From Zancudomyces culisetae HAW-14-8 (Eukaryota; Fungi; Kickxellomycota), in assembly GCA_052426225.1 (NCBI GenBank), contig JBNJNM010000011.1, positions 2,480,001 to 2,544,000 on the forward strand: DNA of 64,000 nucleotides, written 5' to 3'. Shown one piece after another: positions 1 to 12,166 of the stretch. The position numbers and the translations under genes are program-made. The notes under the pieces are model-generated. The model saw only the letters and a program-made list of their open reading frames with translations. It ran no database searches and was not told where the DNA came from. Positions within the stretch are counted from its first letter, which is position 1, and each line of letters starts with the position of its first letter.

Positions 1-803
1 CTGAGTAGATATGTGGTGCCACTTCATCTCTCCGCTTGTTTCGATATAACGCTATAAAGTCGGCATTATAAATGGATAGATTGTAGTATGGATTTACTGC
101 AACCAAGAATGGACCCGAATACGTATATATCAGCCCATTCGAGTATCTCTGCTTCAGGTTGTGTACGACCGACGCTTCATTCAAATATCCCAAGTCTGCC
201 ATATCCTCTTTATTATCAAACTTTGGTGGATTCACCTTTTCTGTAAGATTGATGTCTATGTCAATATCCTATTTTTATATATTTTACGAATTAGTTGTAT
301 TTAAACCATTAAGAAAGCATCTACATAGGTGAATAGAATTATTCCAGTCTTGATTATTTCCGCAATAATACCTTTTGGTAGTCGCCGAATATCACTGGTT
401 TTAAACCCCTACCTCCCCGATTTCCCCTTTACGACACAATACGCATGTATTTATCTTATAATAGACAAGGGTTCAGCGGAAAAAAAAACAGCTTAGTACT
501 TACCATGCCATTCATGAGGTGTATCTTGGCTATCCCATCAAGCTCTTCAATTATGTATCCTGCTATATACCCTTCCTTTTCGTCAGGCACCCATACCCAT
601 TTCTTTTCTGTAAAATTCACCTGCGACTGATCAAAAATATTCTGTGTGCTCATCAGAAACGATGTAGGTGTCGCTGACGATGAGGATCGGTGTGTTGACA
701 TGAATGACCCTGTGAAATTGACATTTTCGTCAAATACGGCATTGGCATTCTTCATAAATCTACGGAGTGCCAATACCGACGGGCCTTTATTACCTATTGA
801 CAT
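1..803 (-). CDS. MYO1: Myosin type II heavy chain, 5' part (runs off the left edge of the window)
   Basis: Exon 504..803 encodes the SH3-like N-terminus ([16 protein letters not shown]). GT-AG intron 269..503. Exon <1..268 reads [51 protein letters not shown]...APHIY, the start of a class II myosin motor domain. Confidence 0.93.
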
Positions 804-1054
804 TCTTCGTAACCCTTTATATCTTTTCCTGTGTTACTATCACCTGTTGTATTGTCTTTATTTATTTTTTAGCGTCCACTTTTCTATGCGTAAATGCAAT
901 TCATTCACCTTATTTTTGTATATCCTTTTCTTGTCCTTTTAGTTTATTTTTCAAATGCTATGAAACAGTACTTCGTATGTACTTTTGCTACTCTTTACTA
1001 GTCCCGATATTGTTAATATATTATTGTTTTCAGGTATAAAAAAAATGTAACTAA

Positions 1055-1113
1055 CAAAACGAAAACGAAAACGAAAACCAAAACTAAAACTAAAACAATA
1101 ACAATAACAATAG
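1055..1113 (+). repeat. Degenerate hexamer microsatellite (AAAACG/AAAACT/ACAATA)
   Basis: Seen directly upstream of the myosin gene. Confidence 0.7.
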
Positions 1114-2703
1114 CAAAACAATAGCACAAAAACACAAAAAATTTTCCCTTTGTTTTTCAAATTATTTCATCAATAGCTGGAATTATTCTATCTAGTATAC
1201 ACTTTTGCGATTATACCTCAGGTGTGGTAGGCGCAAAAAAAAATTATTGTATAGATACCAAATATTTAATTACAGTCATAAAGTTTACACTTCCATTCCA
1301 TACAACTTTGTATATCCCCGTTAAAGTAAACAAAAACCGTAATTTTATAGGATTTAAATTGTCACTATATTCGTTTAAATTAAACATTCACAAGAAAAGC
1401 TGATTAATAATATTACCAAATAAATTGTTGCGTTTCCTAAATCCTTTTTTTCTTTTTTCTTTTTTTTTTTACCCTTTTTATTCTATATTACTAGAACTTG
1501 GTATGTTTTTTATTTTCTCGAAAAATGCCAGGGAATAAAAAATATTGCAAACAAAGCATTGTCAGGCTTTGTTTTGATTGACAATTCTTTGCTCTCCATT
1601 GTTTACTTTATATAAATCAGACTTTTTTTCTTTATAGCCATCAGCAAATTTCCACTAGTTTTAGTACTTACAAAGTAATTATGTCAACTCGGGTCTTTTA
1701 CAGAATGAATATACTAATTCCTTGAGCAACTAACAAGCTCAAAGCTACTACTACTTTTGTTTGATTTGGCCTGTATTAACACTACCGTACTAGAATGTAG
1801 TAGTGTGAGAAAGCGTACTACTTTTCCAATAGTAAAGGTTACTGTCCATATGCCAGAACACTCATACAATCCGCATCAATGTAACTGTAATATACTGTAC
1901 TGTACTGATGTTGTTCTCTATGAACGGTATTTTACTGTCCAAATACCTCTAAAAGAGCGTGTGTAGACAAACATCAGCACTAGTTAGCTTTGCTGATCTC
2001 TCTATCCACATATCTTAACCATAGTTGTCCCTCGATTTTCCTTGATTGGTGAAACCCAGTAAACCATTCTACCCTTGGATAGACCAATATATCCAAAACA
2101 CCATCCGAAACCATCAGATCACCAGATTTTCCTTCACTCATACCCACTATTTCAACCATCAACATTTTCGTGTTTCTCCATTATACCAAATAGTCAAATC
2201 GATGAGGTGGTGCTATTTTTTTTGGAACACATACATTCTTTCCATTCTACCAAATAAAACACTCAGTTACTCTACTCGACTGCGAAAAAATAAAAACAAA
2301 AAAAAATAATAATGTTTCACACCAATACATGAATAATTTTCTCTTGAATGTAAATCAGTTCTAAAACCTGTTTTGTTTTTTGTTTTTTGTTTTTTGTTTT
2401 TTGTTTCACACCTATTATTTTTTTCACCATTTTTTATTTGCAATTCTATTTCTGTTTACTTTATTTTTATTATTTTTGAAATTGTTAATTGCACAAATCA
2501 CCAAAACTTATACCAAAATTCAAAAAAAAAAGAAAAAACTAAAACAAAACACCCCAAAATAAACTCTCATTGTCAACCAGATAAACCCAATCGCGTTGAA
2601 TTTACGTGTTTCTATTTGCCCGTTTTGTTTATGTCTAAAATTTACAAAATCCCTTTGAAATCTTATCTTTGCGCCAGTTTCCCCTTTATTTTCAAATCAT
2701 ACG

Positions 2704-5500
2704 TTACTTAGTACTCATAGCTGCGTGTGCCCTAGCACTGGTTTCGGTATGCATTATTTCTCGGAGCGCCATAGTAGCATAGCATCCCTTTTTCAAGTTG
2801 AAACAGACTTTGAGTGCCAAATGTGTGGTATCACGTTTATCCTCATTCTCAGTACTGTTCGGAGGAACTACACTAGCCACAGAATCTGTGGTTTCTTGTA
2901 CCTCTTCATGAGACAATGAACCCTCTTTAGAACGTGGGATAATACCGAAATCGCTTTTCAATAGGTTTCGCTTTGTTGAACTTAGTGATGGCTGCAAGTC
3001 CTGGTCCAACGAAGTGCAGGTATTAAACTCATAAGTCAGATCAGTGGGTCTTTCCAAGAGATATCTGTAATTTCCAGCAACGTTAAAGTCTCGGAAAAAC
3101 GAACTCAACTTATCAATGTTGATGCCGTCTTTGTTCAATTCGGATTTGTATGATGAGTATACCTTATTCTTTGGATATTTCACATCATATCCAAAGGTTG
3201 GAAGAACAACGTCAAATATCGTGTACTCAGCTATGTTGCGGTCAGTTATGTATTCAACATTCACAAGTAACTCGTCTTCCTCTTGAAACAACTCGTTTTC
3301 CTTAGGCGCTGACCCCCGTGGCTTTGTAGGAGTCTTTTTTTGTGCTGTGTTTCCTGAAATCGAAGGTGGTAGTTCTATAGCAGTTGCTTTGTAATTGCAA
3401 ACAACCAAATCACCTACCACAGGTTTTGCTGACCCATACAAACTTATTCGTTCAGACGCTGTTATGTTCCATATGTAGGACTGATAGGCGTGTACATACA
3501 TATGTCTCAGATTTCTCGGAATCTATCAAAACGTATTTTGGTTAGTCAAACTGTCTCCATTTTTCACTCTCCACATTTACATTTACATCCACTCAAAATC
3601 ATATATAAATAAAGTCAGTTACCGATCCAAATGCTCCGAAAAAGTCATTAGGCTTCTTATTCTTGACAAAGTGGTTCAAAACACATTTTTCCGCCACACA
3701 TCCAGAATATGGCAGAGCCTCAAGCGCCTGTTTGGGATCCTTAGTCTCCTCCCAAATTGCTCTAGCCATATCCATTTCTTGTCTATCCCCAACTCTGCGC
3801 TGCAGGATCTTGTCAATTACATTTTTCCAATTTTGTCTGATTATCTCCAACCCAATGGTATGTGACCCAACTGCACTTGTTCCAAATCGCTGCATTCCAA
3901 AGTAGTTGATATACCCCTTTTCTTTCATGACCAGAAGAGAATCCTCTATTTTTTCCTTGGTTGATCCCTGAACATTTCGCAAAACTATCTGGAACCTATT
4001 TCCATACAGCTCCCCTAAACGAAGGGGCTCCTTTTTGTACTCATAGTCTCCCAAAATGCAGTTGCGAATCCCTTTATTGATTCTTATCATTTTATTTGCA
4101 TCTACTTTGTGTCCTGAGCATCTCTGTGTCGTTACTCCTCTTCTGTCCTTGGTACCCGCAAATGAAAACGTCTTGTTTTTGATCCTATTGTAAATGATTA
4201 GTGTGTGAAAGCATTGTTAATAGCTTGCAACATGAATAGTCAAGTAAATGTATCCAAAAATAGTAAAACAATAATCCTACCTCAACATTCTGGAAATATC
4301 GTTAATCACATCATTCGTTTCGCGATTCTCTTTGATTAAAGTAAAGTGAAGAAATCTGCCGCGTTCTGCCCACTTATCTTGAGCTGCTCTTAGATTCTTC
4401 TTCCCTTTAGAAAATTCAAGCACAATCTTCCCATCAACAGTCGTTCCATTAACTTTATCCTTGAAATACCCCTTTACAGCCCTGTAAACAGCACCTCGTT
4501 TCTCTTTATCAAGCTCTTCTTGTATTATAAATGGTTGACGCACCTCAGTCTCAGCGAGCGCTTGATCCTCCCCGGGGTTTTCTGTAGCATTCGTATCTTC
4601 ACCAAAATAGGAAATAATATCCTCTGCCATTTTTTCTCCCAGAGTCAAAACTAGACTGGATTTTGCTTCCTATTACCCAGGTACGCAAACTATGGTGAAT
4701 ACCCGTTTGATATTTATACATACATTCAAATGTCAATAATAACATGAGCACTTTACCTTTTGTTCCTCCTCATGACTCGTTTCAGCTTTTTTAATAGCAT
4801 CACTTTCTCCTTTTATAAATACCTGTGATTTAATTTCAATCAAATTTCCATCTTTGTCAATTTCATTTACAATAAAATCGCAGAATCTAATCAAATATTT
4901 TAGATAATTATTAGTTTGTTTTAATTTCAAAAATTATCTTGCATTTCAATCTTCTCGATAGGTTTATACTGGGTAAAACTTATCCAGCATGATACCGAGA
5001 GTTAAAAAAGAGTATCATAAAAAAGGAAGAAAAGCATACCTGTGTTTTATGATTGCTTGGAATCCCTCACAATTGGGATTAATATATTGCCTTATTCCGA
5101 CATCCTCCTGTCTGTAGAAACTGTCCTGTCTCTGAAATTCTGATTTTGGAGCGTTACCCACTTTGACCTCTATATTTTAATAGTGGGTTGAATACTTCCG
5201 TTTTTCTATTCATTAAAGACTGCATACTCTTTCCATCATTGGCACATTAAAAAAATAAAATAAAACCTGCATAAACTCACCTTCATCCTTGGCAACAACT
5301 TCGTTTGGCGTTTCCAAATTTGTAGGAGCCAAACTGGCTTGATTTTCCAAAACCTTACTGCCTTCACCTACGACTTCACTTTCGCCCTCATTATGATCGG
5401 TCTTGATTTTTTTGCTGATATGGCCCTCCATTATTCTCTTGTGTATATTTTTGCTTTTTAAAAAACGAATTTGATCCCGAATGATTCTGGCGGGATTCAT
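2704..5500 (-). CDS. PUS7: Multisubstrate pseudouridine synthase 7 (TruD family), about 6 exons
   Basis: Spliced pieces read EDVGIRQYIN...GFQAIIKHR / FCDFIVNEIDKDG / LHFTLIKENRET / FSFAGTKDRRGVTTQR (catalytic Asp motif, 4125-4170) / LRLGELYGNRFQIVLR / GYINYFGMQRFGT / MYVHAYQSYIWN / GCYATMALREIM. Confidence 0.95.
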
Positions 5501-6391
5501 AAATATATTGTTTAAATATCTGAATAAGCCTAATTATGTTGACTAGGAAATATATTCTTGCCCTTGGGATGACTCGTTTTCTTAAGCCAGGTATGCAATA
5601 GGTCTTGATTTTCTCGATCAAAATTTTTTCCCTATTCAGCCATTCACGTTGGAAAAGCAAAAAAAAAATTTTTAAAGGAATTTATTGAACTCGGCTTATT
5701 ATTTCCACTAAATTGTATCAGCGAAATATGATTTGTATTATTTTATTGGGTAAATCGAAACTTAAACTATTACGTAATAATTTTTTGTCGCTTTTCTAAA
5801 TAAATCAAGTTTTTAGTGCATCTATAACTTTATATTTTTTTGGTTTGAATAAATTTAAAAAGTACAACACTTGTAGTATACATGTCGTTTAGCGTGTAAA
5901 CTTTACAGAAAAACAAAGTAACAAGAAACACTATCTATAAGAATTTTTTCTCTTTCCCATTTTCTATTTTTTTATTTATGGATTTAAATCTGAAATTTTA
6001 GTTTTAATAGGATGTTAAATATAGGCGATATATCAATACTAATCTTAGATGAAAAATATACGGGCGGGTTCTGGTGGGCTTAGATACCACTCTTTAATAT
6101 GATATTAAACTAAACTGCTTGGAATTGTTTATTTACTCAATCAATTGAACACATGGGCATCTGACCCTAGTTGGGAATAGAAATACATTATTAAAATCAT
6201 TAATTGTGACTATGGCCACATGTTTTTTTGCTTTGGATGCGGAAAGTTATAATGAAGAGGCTTTATAAATTTATAAACACATAAATTAGTCTAAATATAA
6301 ATCAGGCGTAAATGGAAAGAAATGCAAAATGGATTCCAGGAAAGAGCAAGCTATTGATGCTCTAATGTGTAAAAATGCGGTGCGGTTTGTT

Positions 6392-7675
6392 CTATATTTG
6401 GACTAGAGAACTCTGTTCAGAAGTCGATGTTGATTCATGCTCGATGGTGGCAAGAGCAGGCGTGGCCAAGCTGGGATCTACAAACAAGGCGCCAGAAAGA
6501 GCACCGAGTACTGTTCGGGTGAACACAAACAGCCATATTAAAAATAGACAAACTGTGTAGATCGAACCGAGGACCTTAAAGAATGGAGCGCCTAGTATCT
6601 TTCCAAGAGTATTTGTTGCTAAGGCATAAACACCCAGAGGGAAAGTGCACGCCCACCAGCCCATGTTGAATCTAACTTCATGTTTTATCATTCCATAGCA
6701 TGTTTGGGCACAGGCCTGGACTAGCCAGAACAAACCAAAGCCCCACATTATAGCGCCGATTATCAAACCGAGACCTTCAGCTATGGGTCCAAACATAGTG
6801 AGTTCAGGGTAAACAGTGGGGAATATTTTGGCTGCGACGGTTCCGAGTGTCATAATTCCGAAGGCACCCTGGCCCAAGGGACCAAGAGGCAGGTAGACGC
6901 TGATAAGTAGTTCGGGTGGTGGTAAGGAGTGGAAGGCCAAACGAGAAAAGTAGACACTAATTATGCATACAGCCAGCGGAATGCCCATTCCCCAGATGAC
7001 ATATGATGATATGACTACTAGATTGGCTAGGTTTTCGTCGAGGACTCCAGCTACAACTCCACCTGAACCTGCTGTAACTGCCGCTGGTACTATTGGAAGT
7101 AGCCATACAGCCAACATTTTTTCCATACTGTGTGTCTGCTTAGTAGCCCTAGTAAATTGATATTTGCGAGTATATTGGTTAAGTTTAGGCTTCAACTGGG
7201 AAATACAACATAAAACGACAAATGAACTTTGATATTTTATCACTTACATGAAAAACGGAACTACCAGGACACTAAAGGTCATAAGAAATACTTCAATCCA
7301 CCAAAGCACGAAAGCTGTGTGAGGAGCCCAGGGATATTTGTCGCTTGGAAGCATCAACGCGAAGCTGTTGACGATGGTTGCCAAACCCATGGGAATAGCG
7401 CCGATGAACATACTTATGACGGGATGTGAGAGTGTTTTTATGAAGGTGTGAGGGTATAATATATATTTTAGCATTAATATTATACTAAATATAAGGAACA
7501 AGATACAATTTAGTATAAACAGCACGATTCCTATTTGATGACAGCCGGTGAACTGGTATGGAGATGTGTATACTAGAACCCCTGTGATTCCAGTACCCAT
7601 GTTGATTGTAAACCAATTTGGGGTAAACAACCGGATTATATCGCTATTCCTATTCAGTTTCTTCATTATAGCCAT
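6392..7675 (-). CDS. TDT/SLAC1-family transporter (Ssu1 sulfite efflux / Mae1 malate transporter-like)
   Basis: FTPNWFTINMGTGI, WLLPIVPAAV, LPLGPLGQG and FNMGWWACTFPLGVY motifs with about 10 hydrophobic segments. The two ORFs join in frame across the GT-AG intron 7149..7247. Confidence 0.9.
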
Positions 7676-9207
7676 AAACAAGCATTTTCTTCCTTTCTAT
7701 ACCTTGGTGTGTCAATGAGGGCGATGTGTCTATTTAATCTTTGTTTTGCAAGAGTCTCTAAATCCACGATTTGAAATGCTGAATATAATTCTGGCTCGCT
7801 CTAGTACTTTTAAAGACACCTATGTTTTCTACGGCACCTACATCTTCATCCCCCACTTAAAAGTCAATTTCATCCGATCCTTTTGAAAAAAAATTTTACT
7901 TGATATTTTGTCTTAATGAGTAATCTGGATTACTAATACATAAAGTTAAACTAGGAAATAATTGGTAAATGCATAAGGCGAAATAAATCATCGGAAAAAA
8001 AGGGTTTTTGAGATGAAGAGAGGAAAAGATGAAGTGATAGTGTAAGATTACCTCTAACTATTTGCTTGGTAAGAGAGGGATTTCTTTTCTGTTATACCCG
8101 GGATTGTTGTTTATGTTGTTTGTGACTTGTTTATTCCACCAATTATAAATTTTCGGATTGTTTGTGATTTTGGAGTGGGAATAAATTGAAAAAGGAATCC
8201 CGAAATGTTACTTGATCAGGGATTTACCTTATACATGTGAATGTATGGCTGAAATTCCATGAATTTCTAGCTTGAAATTTTTTATTTCCATTTTCATTAT
8301 CAGATTGATGGCATGTGATATTTTATCGATAAAAATACTGGAGAAAGAGGTCTAGATCATAAGAAAATACAGCAGTAATGGGTAGTGGTGGGTAGACTGT
8401 ACTGGATATTCAAGTACGTTTCTATGAAATATAACAAAAATTAATATATTTAGTTTTTATTATAAAGAATTAGTGTTTGAACGTGGACATGTTCATTTTT
8501 TGTTTCAATTCACGCTCTAATAACAGAGAATAAATTATCCAGATACTCGGAATGGTTAGAATACGATAGATGTAATAAAAAGCATTAACAGCTCTGTAGG
8601 CAGATATTATCGCTTATATAAAAGGCAATATATGTATATAGCAATACATGACAAAAAATATTTGAAAAATATCCATTATATTCACCAAATTTTGTTAAAT
8701 CTTAAATAATACACATGACCATGTTTGACTGTGGTAATCTACCATGATATTCATACATTGTAAACACAATATATAGTACCCAAATATTGTCTCAAATATA
8801 TTCACATCAAATATAAAGTGAATGTAGTCGCGATAAGTAGAAACACTTTTGAAACTCAAAAAATAACGGTGTGTGACTTGAAATCCTTCTTATTCCAAAT
8901 GCAAGAAAAATAATAACAAGAGTAAAAGAAAACACGAAAATCAAATAACAAAAAAAGCTAAAAAAGCAAAAGAAGAAAAGAAGAAAAGTAAACCTGGATC
9001 AAGGCATAAACACTGGTGAACATTACCACCGGTACACATAATCCCCGTTCAAATCACAAAAAGTTGAGGCGTTTACACTCACTCTCTTCCTCTTCATCCC
9101 ATTTTTTGTTGCTCTTTCTCTTTATATTTTGGTCCATGTCCATTGTACACTTATACTATTTCTCGCACAGTACCCAAGAAAGATGAAAGAAAAGGTATCG
9201 ACAAAAA

Positions 9208-9384
9208 TTAGACGTCGGCGATGATAACATCGACATCAACTCCTAGCTCGATAGCAATGGAGGTGATTTGTTTGACGATTTCGGCGGGTGAGTGCAAATC
9301 GATCAATCTCTTGTGGATTCCCATTTCAAATCTGTCCCAGGTCTTTGAACCTTCACCGTTTAGTTTCGGTGTAAATAATCTCAT
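9208..9384 (-). pseudogene. RPS20: 5'-truncated 40S ribosomal protein S20 (uS10) fragment
   Basis: Minus strand reads [50 protein letters not shown]. The N-terminal half is not recognisable, and normally conserved R (MRIHKR) and P (IEPGV) are replaced by G and L. Confidence 0.85.
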
Positions 9385-10219
9385 ACCATAGCTCTTGATC
9401 CCTTGTCAGGATTGACACAGGTACAATTTGAATATCTTTCTTAAAATGTTTTTTATTTAGGATAAGATAAACATTATTCTTAAAGCTGTTCTAACAATAA
9501 AGTGGCACTTTACTACATATTTTTAATTATCGTATAGCTTTTAAATACCAATAAAAGTAACTAAATCAATTCTTAATGATATGAAACTCTTTAAAACGAC
9601 TGCTTACAAGTAAAATCTACAACTATATTAATAATTTGAGTTATTTGCATAGCTCAAAAGTTCTTCCTAAAATTCATTTAGGGATTTCACTTAAATAGAT
9701 GGCTGTTCAATGTTGATGTAAACATGCAAAGTTTATGATGAAATAGACATGGTAATACTATAGATAATGTGTTGCAAAAATTAACAAAGTTTATTATAAT
9801 AGTGAAAAGTAGAACAAGAAATACATATACACAAATAGCTTGTAGGAACATAGCCATCCGTAATATCCATGGAGTCAGCTTTAGATTTTGTAGTTACAAT
9901 GAAATTCAATTTGCTAGTGCTATTTAGTGTTCATTTATAGATATTTTATAAAAAAGTAACTACGTTTATTTTTATTACTAGAATGCTTATTTAACTTTCT
10001 ACATAACTTATGTAGTAACGAATTAAAAGTATAGTCAGTAATACTTATCTGTCAACAAGGAGTAAGTAATAGACAAGAGTACCTGGCGTTCAGCATTAAA
10101 TAACATCAAAATGTAGAAATACAGTATGAAATATAGGACCTCCGTTTGAAAAATAAAATTAATAATGAATTAGACCTTTACTTTTCACTTCTTTTAACAC
10201 TACAAAAATAAAATATCTG

Positions 10220-10664
10220 ATGAGTATCTTATCAATAATATACCCTCAGTGCATTGGCACTTAGCTCAGTCTTTGCACAAAATGCGCAGAATCAAGATGT
10301 ACAAGAATCAGGAGAAAATGATATCATGGAGTCCAACTTTAATGAGATGGACGACGAAGACAGACCCAGGCGCAGAAAAGTCACAAAATTGAAGTTTGAG
10401 TTGTTTAATGCTGTAGGCTGTTTTGGCGCATCGACTATTGCCTATGCAAAACCAAACAAGTGCTATTCGGCAGCAAACTTTGCAGCTGTAAGAATGAGCT
10501 GTGTGAATAACAACAAAGGCGCCATGATGTTTTGCAGCGAGGCTAATTGTACAGGCAAATGCTTCGTCGTACTTAGAAGCGCAGGAAGTGATATTAATGG
10601 TATATATTACCAAATTGGTAATAAAGCTGCAACATCCTACTCTTGGATTGCACCATACTTTTAA
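10220..10664 (+). CDS. Small secreted Cys-containing prepro-protein with a 1-nt frameshift in the signal peptide (pseudogene or assembly error)
   Basis: ATG 10220 gives MSILSII; the +1 frame continues TLSALALSSVFAQ. Then an acidic pro-region, RPRRRK, and a ~94-aa domain with 6 Cys. Confidence 0.7.
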
Positions 10665-12166
10665 ACTTGACATAAATACTACTAGTTTAATTATTAATTG
10701 ATTATATAGTTATTTAGTTTTAGATTGATAAATAACATATTTCAATTATAATTTTAAATAAATAAATAAAATATATCTTTATGTTGGATCGAAGTTGGAG
10801 CTATATACTTGAACCTATACACTGATATAGACAAACATTTCCACTTTGATTGAAACTTCAAGGACATTTTTTATTAGGAACTGTATATTTAAAATATCAA
10901 AACTTAGTATTAGAATTCCAAAATGGATAATTATGTACTTGAAATAAATATTTGTATTTTGACATAAGCAACTTAGGTGATGACGTTTTATTTTTATTTT
11001 TGGTGTGTGGAGTGTTAGTACGCAAAATCAGAATATATGAGCAAAGATAAAACCATTAATAAGACAACGAATACAAAACCGAATATTTCCAACTGTATGG
11101 CCATCGTTTGGTACATTACAACCCTTACAAAACACATTTTTTCAGGTTGGAAAATTTAACAGCGGGGGTTTTATGAACTCTTTTGATTATCTACAAAATG
11201 TAGAATAAACTAGTTTTCTTTTTCATTACTAACTGCTATACATATTTAATCTTGAGATCATTTAGTTAATATTAATTATACGTAAGTTCAGCACTGCGAT
11301 TGACATTGATAGTGTATATTTGATATTATAAACCATAATAGTATTAAATAATTCTGTTCTTTAATCTGATTACCTTCTAAAGTAGCTCAACATTAATCTA
11401 TGCTCGCTGCTAATATTATTATTTGCTTGAATTAGAGGTGTTATAGAATATTTCATAGAACAACTCTTTCGTTTGATTCTAATGGTTCTATGTGGGTTTG
11501 TTTATTTTAATGCAAAATATAAATTCGAGTAATTGACATAAACACCACAAAAAGTAAAGACCCTTGATAAGTGAATCTCAGTAAAGATTGACTCTTGATA
11601 TTATCCGTTTACTTGAAATTTTATTTTATTTAGGTAGGTAAGGATAACATATACTATGTCAAGCCTCTAACCCAATTAGTATGGATTGTTACTAAGATTA
11701 CTTGTTTAACCAATAGTTTTGCATAGTTTTGACACCTTGGTTTTCGAACCTTGTTAAATATATACAGTATCAGCCTACCCGTAACATTATAACTAAAGCT
11801 GTTCTAGTGACCAAATGACACTTTAAATATATTTTGGGTATTAACCTTTGATGATTTAAAGTAAATGAACAGCTGTTATGACATTGTAAATATTAACAAA
11901 TAAAACACGATTAATGATTTTTGAGTTGATCAAATAACTCCATCTGGATTCAGTTAATAAATTTTGGATCAGTATTATTCAAAGAATTCTCCAAGGTTAG
12001 TGTTTTTATTTTGGTACAAACTACCCAATAAAAAAAATATCCACAATTAAACATTATTCCGAGGTATACTTTAGCACAAACTGCTTGAAATTGTTTAACT
12101 ACCCAAAAGAATCTAAAATATAGAACTTTGAAAAAAAAGAACAAAAACAAAAAAAGCGGGTAAGAA

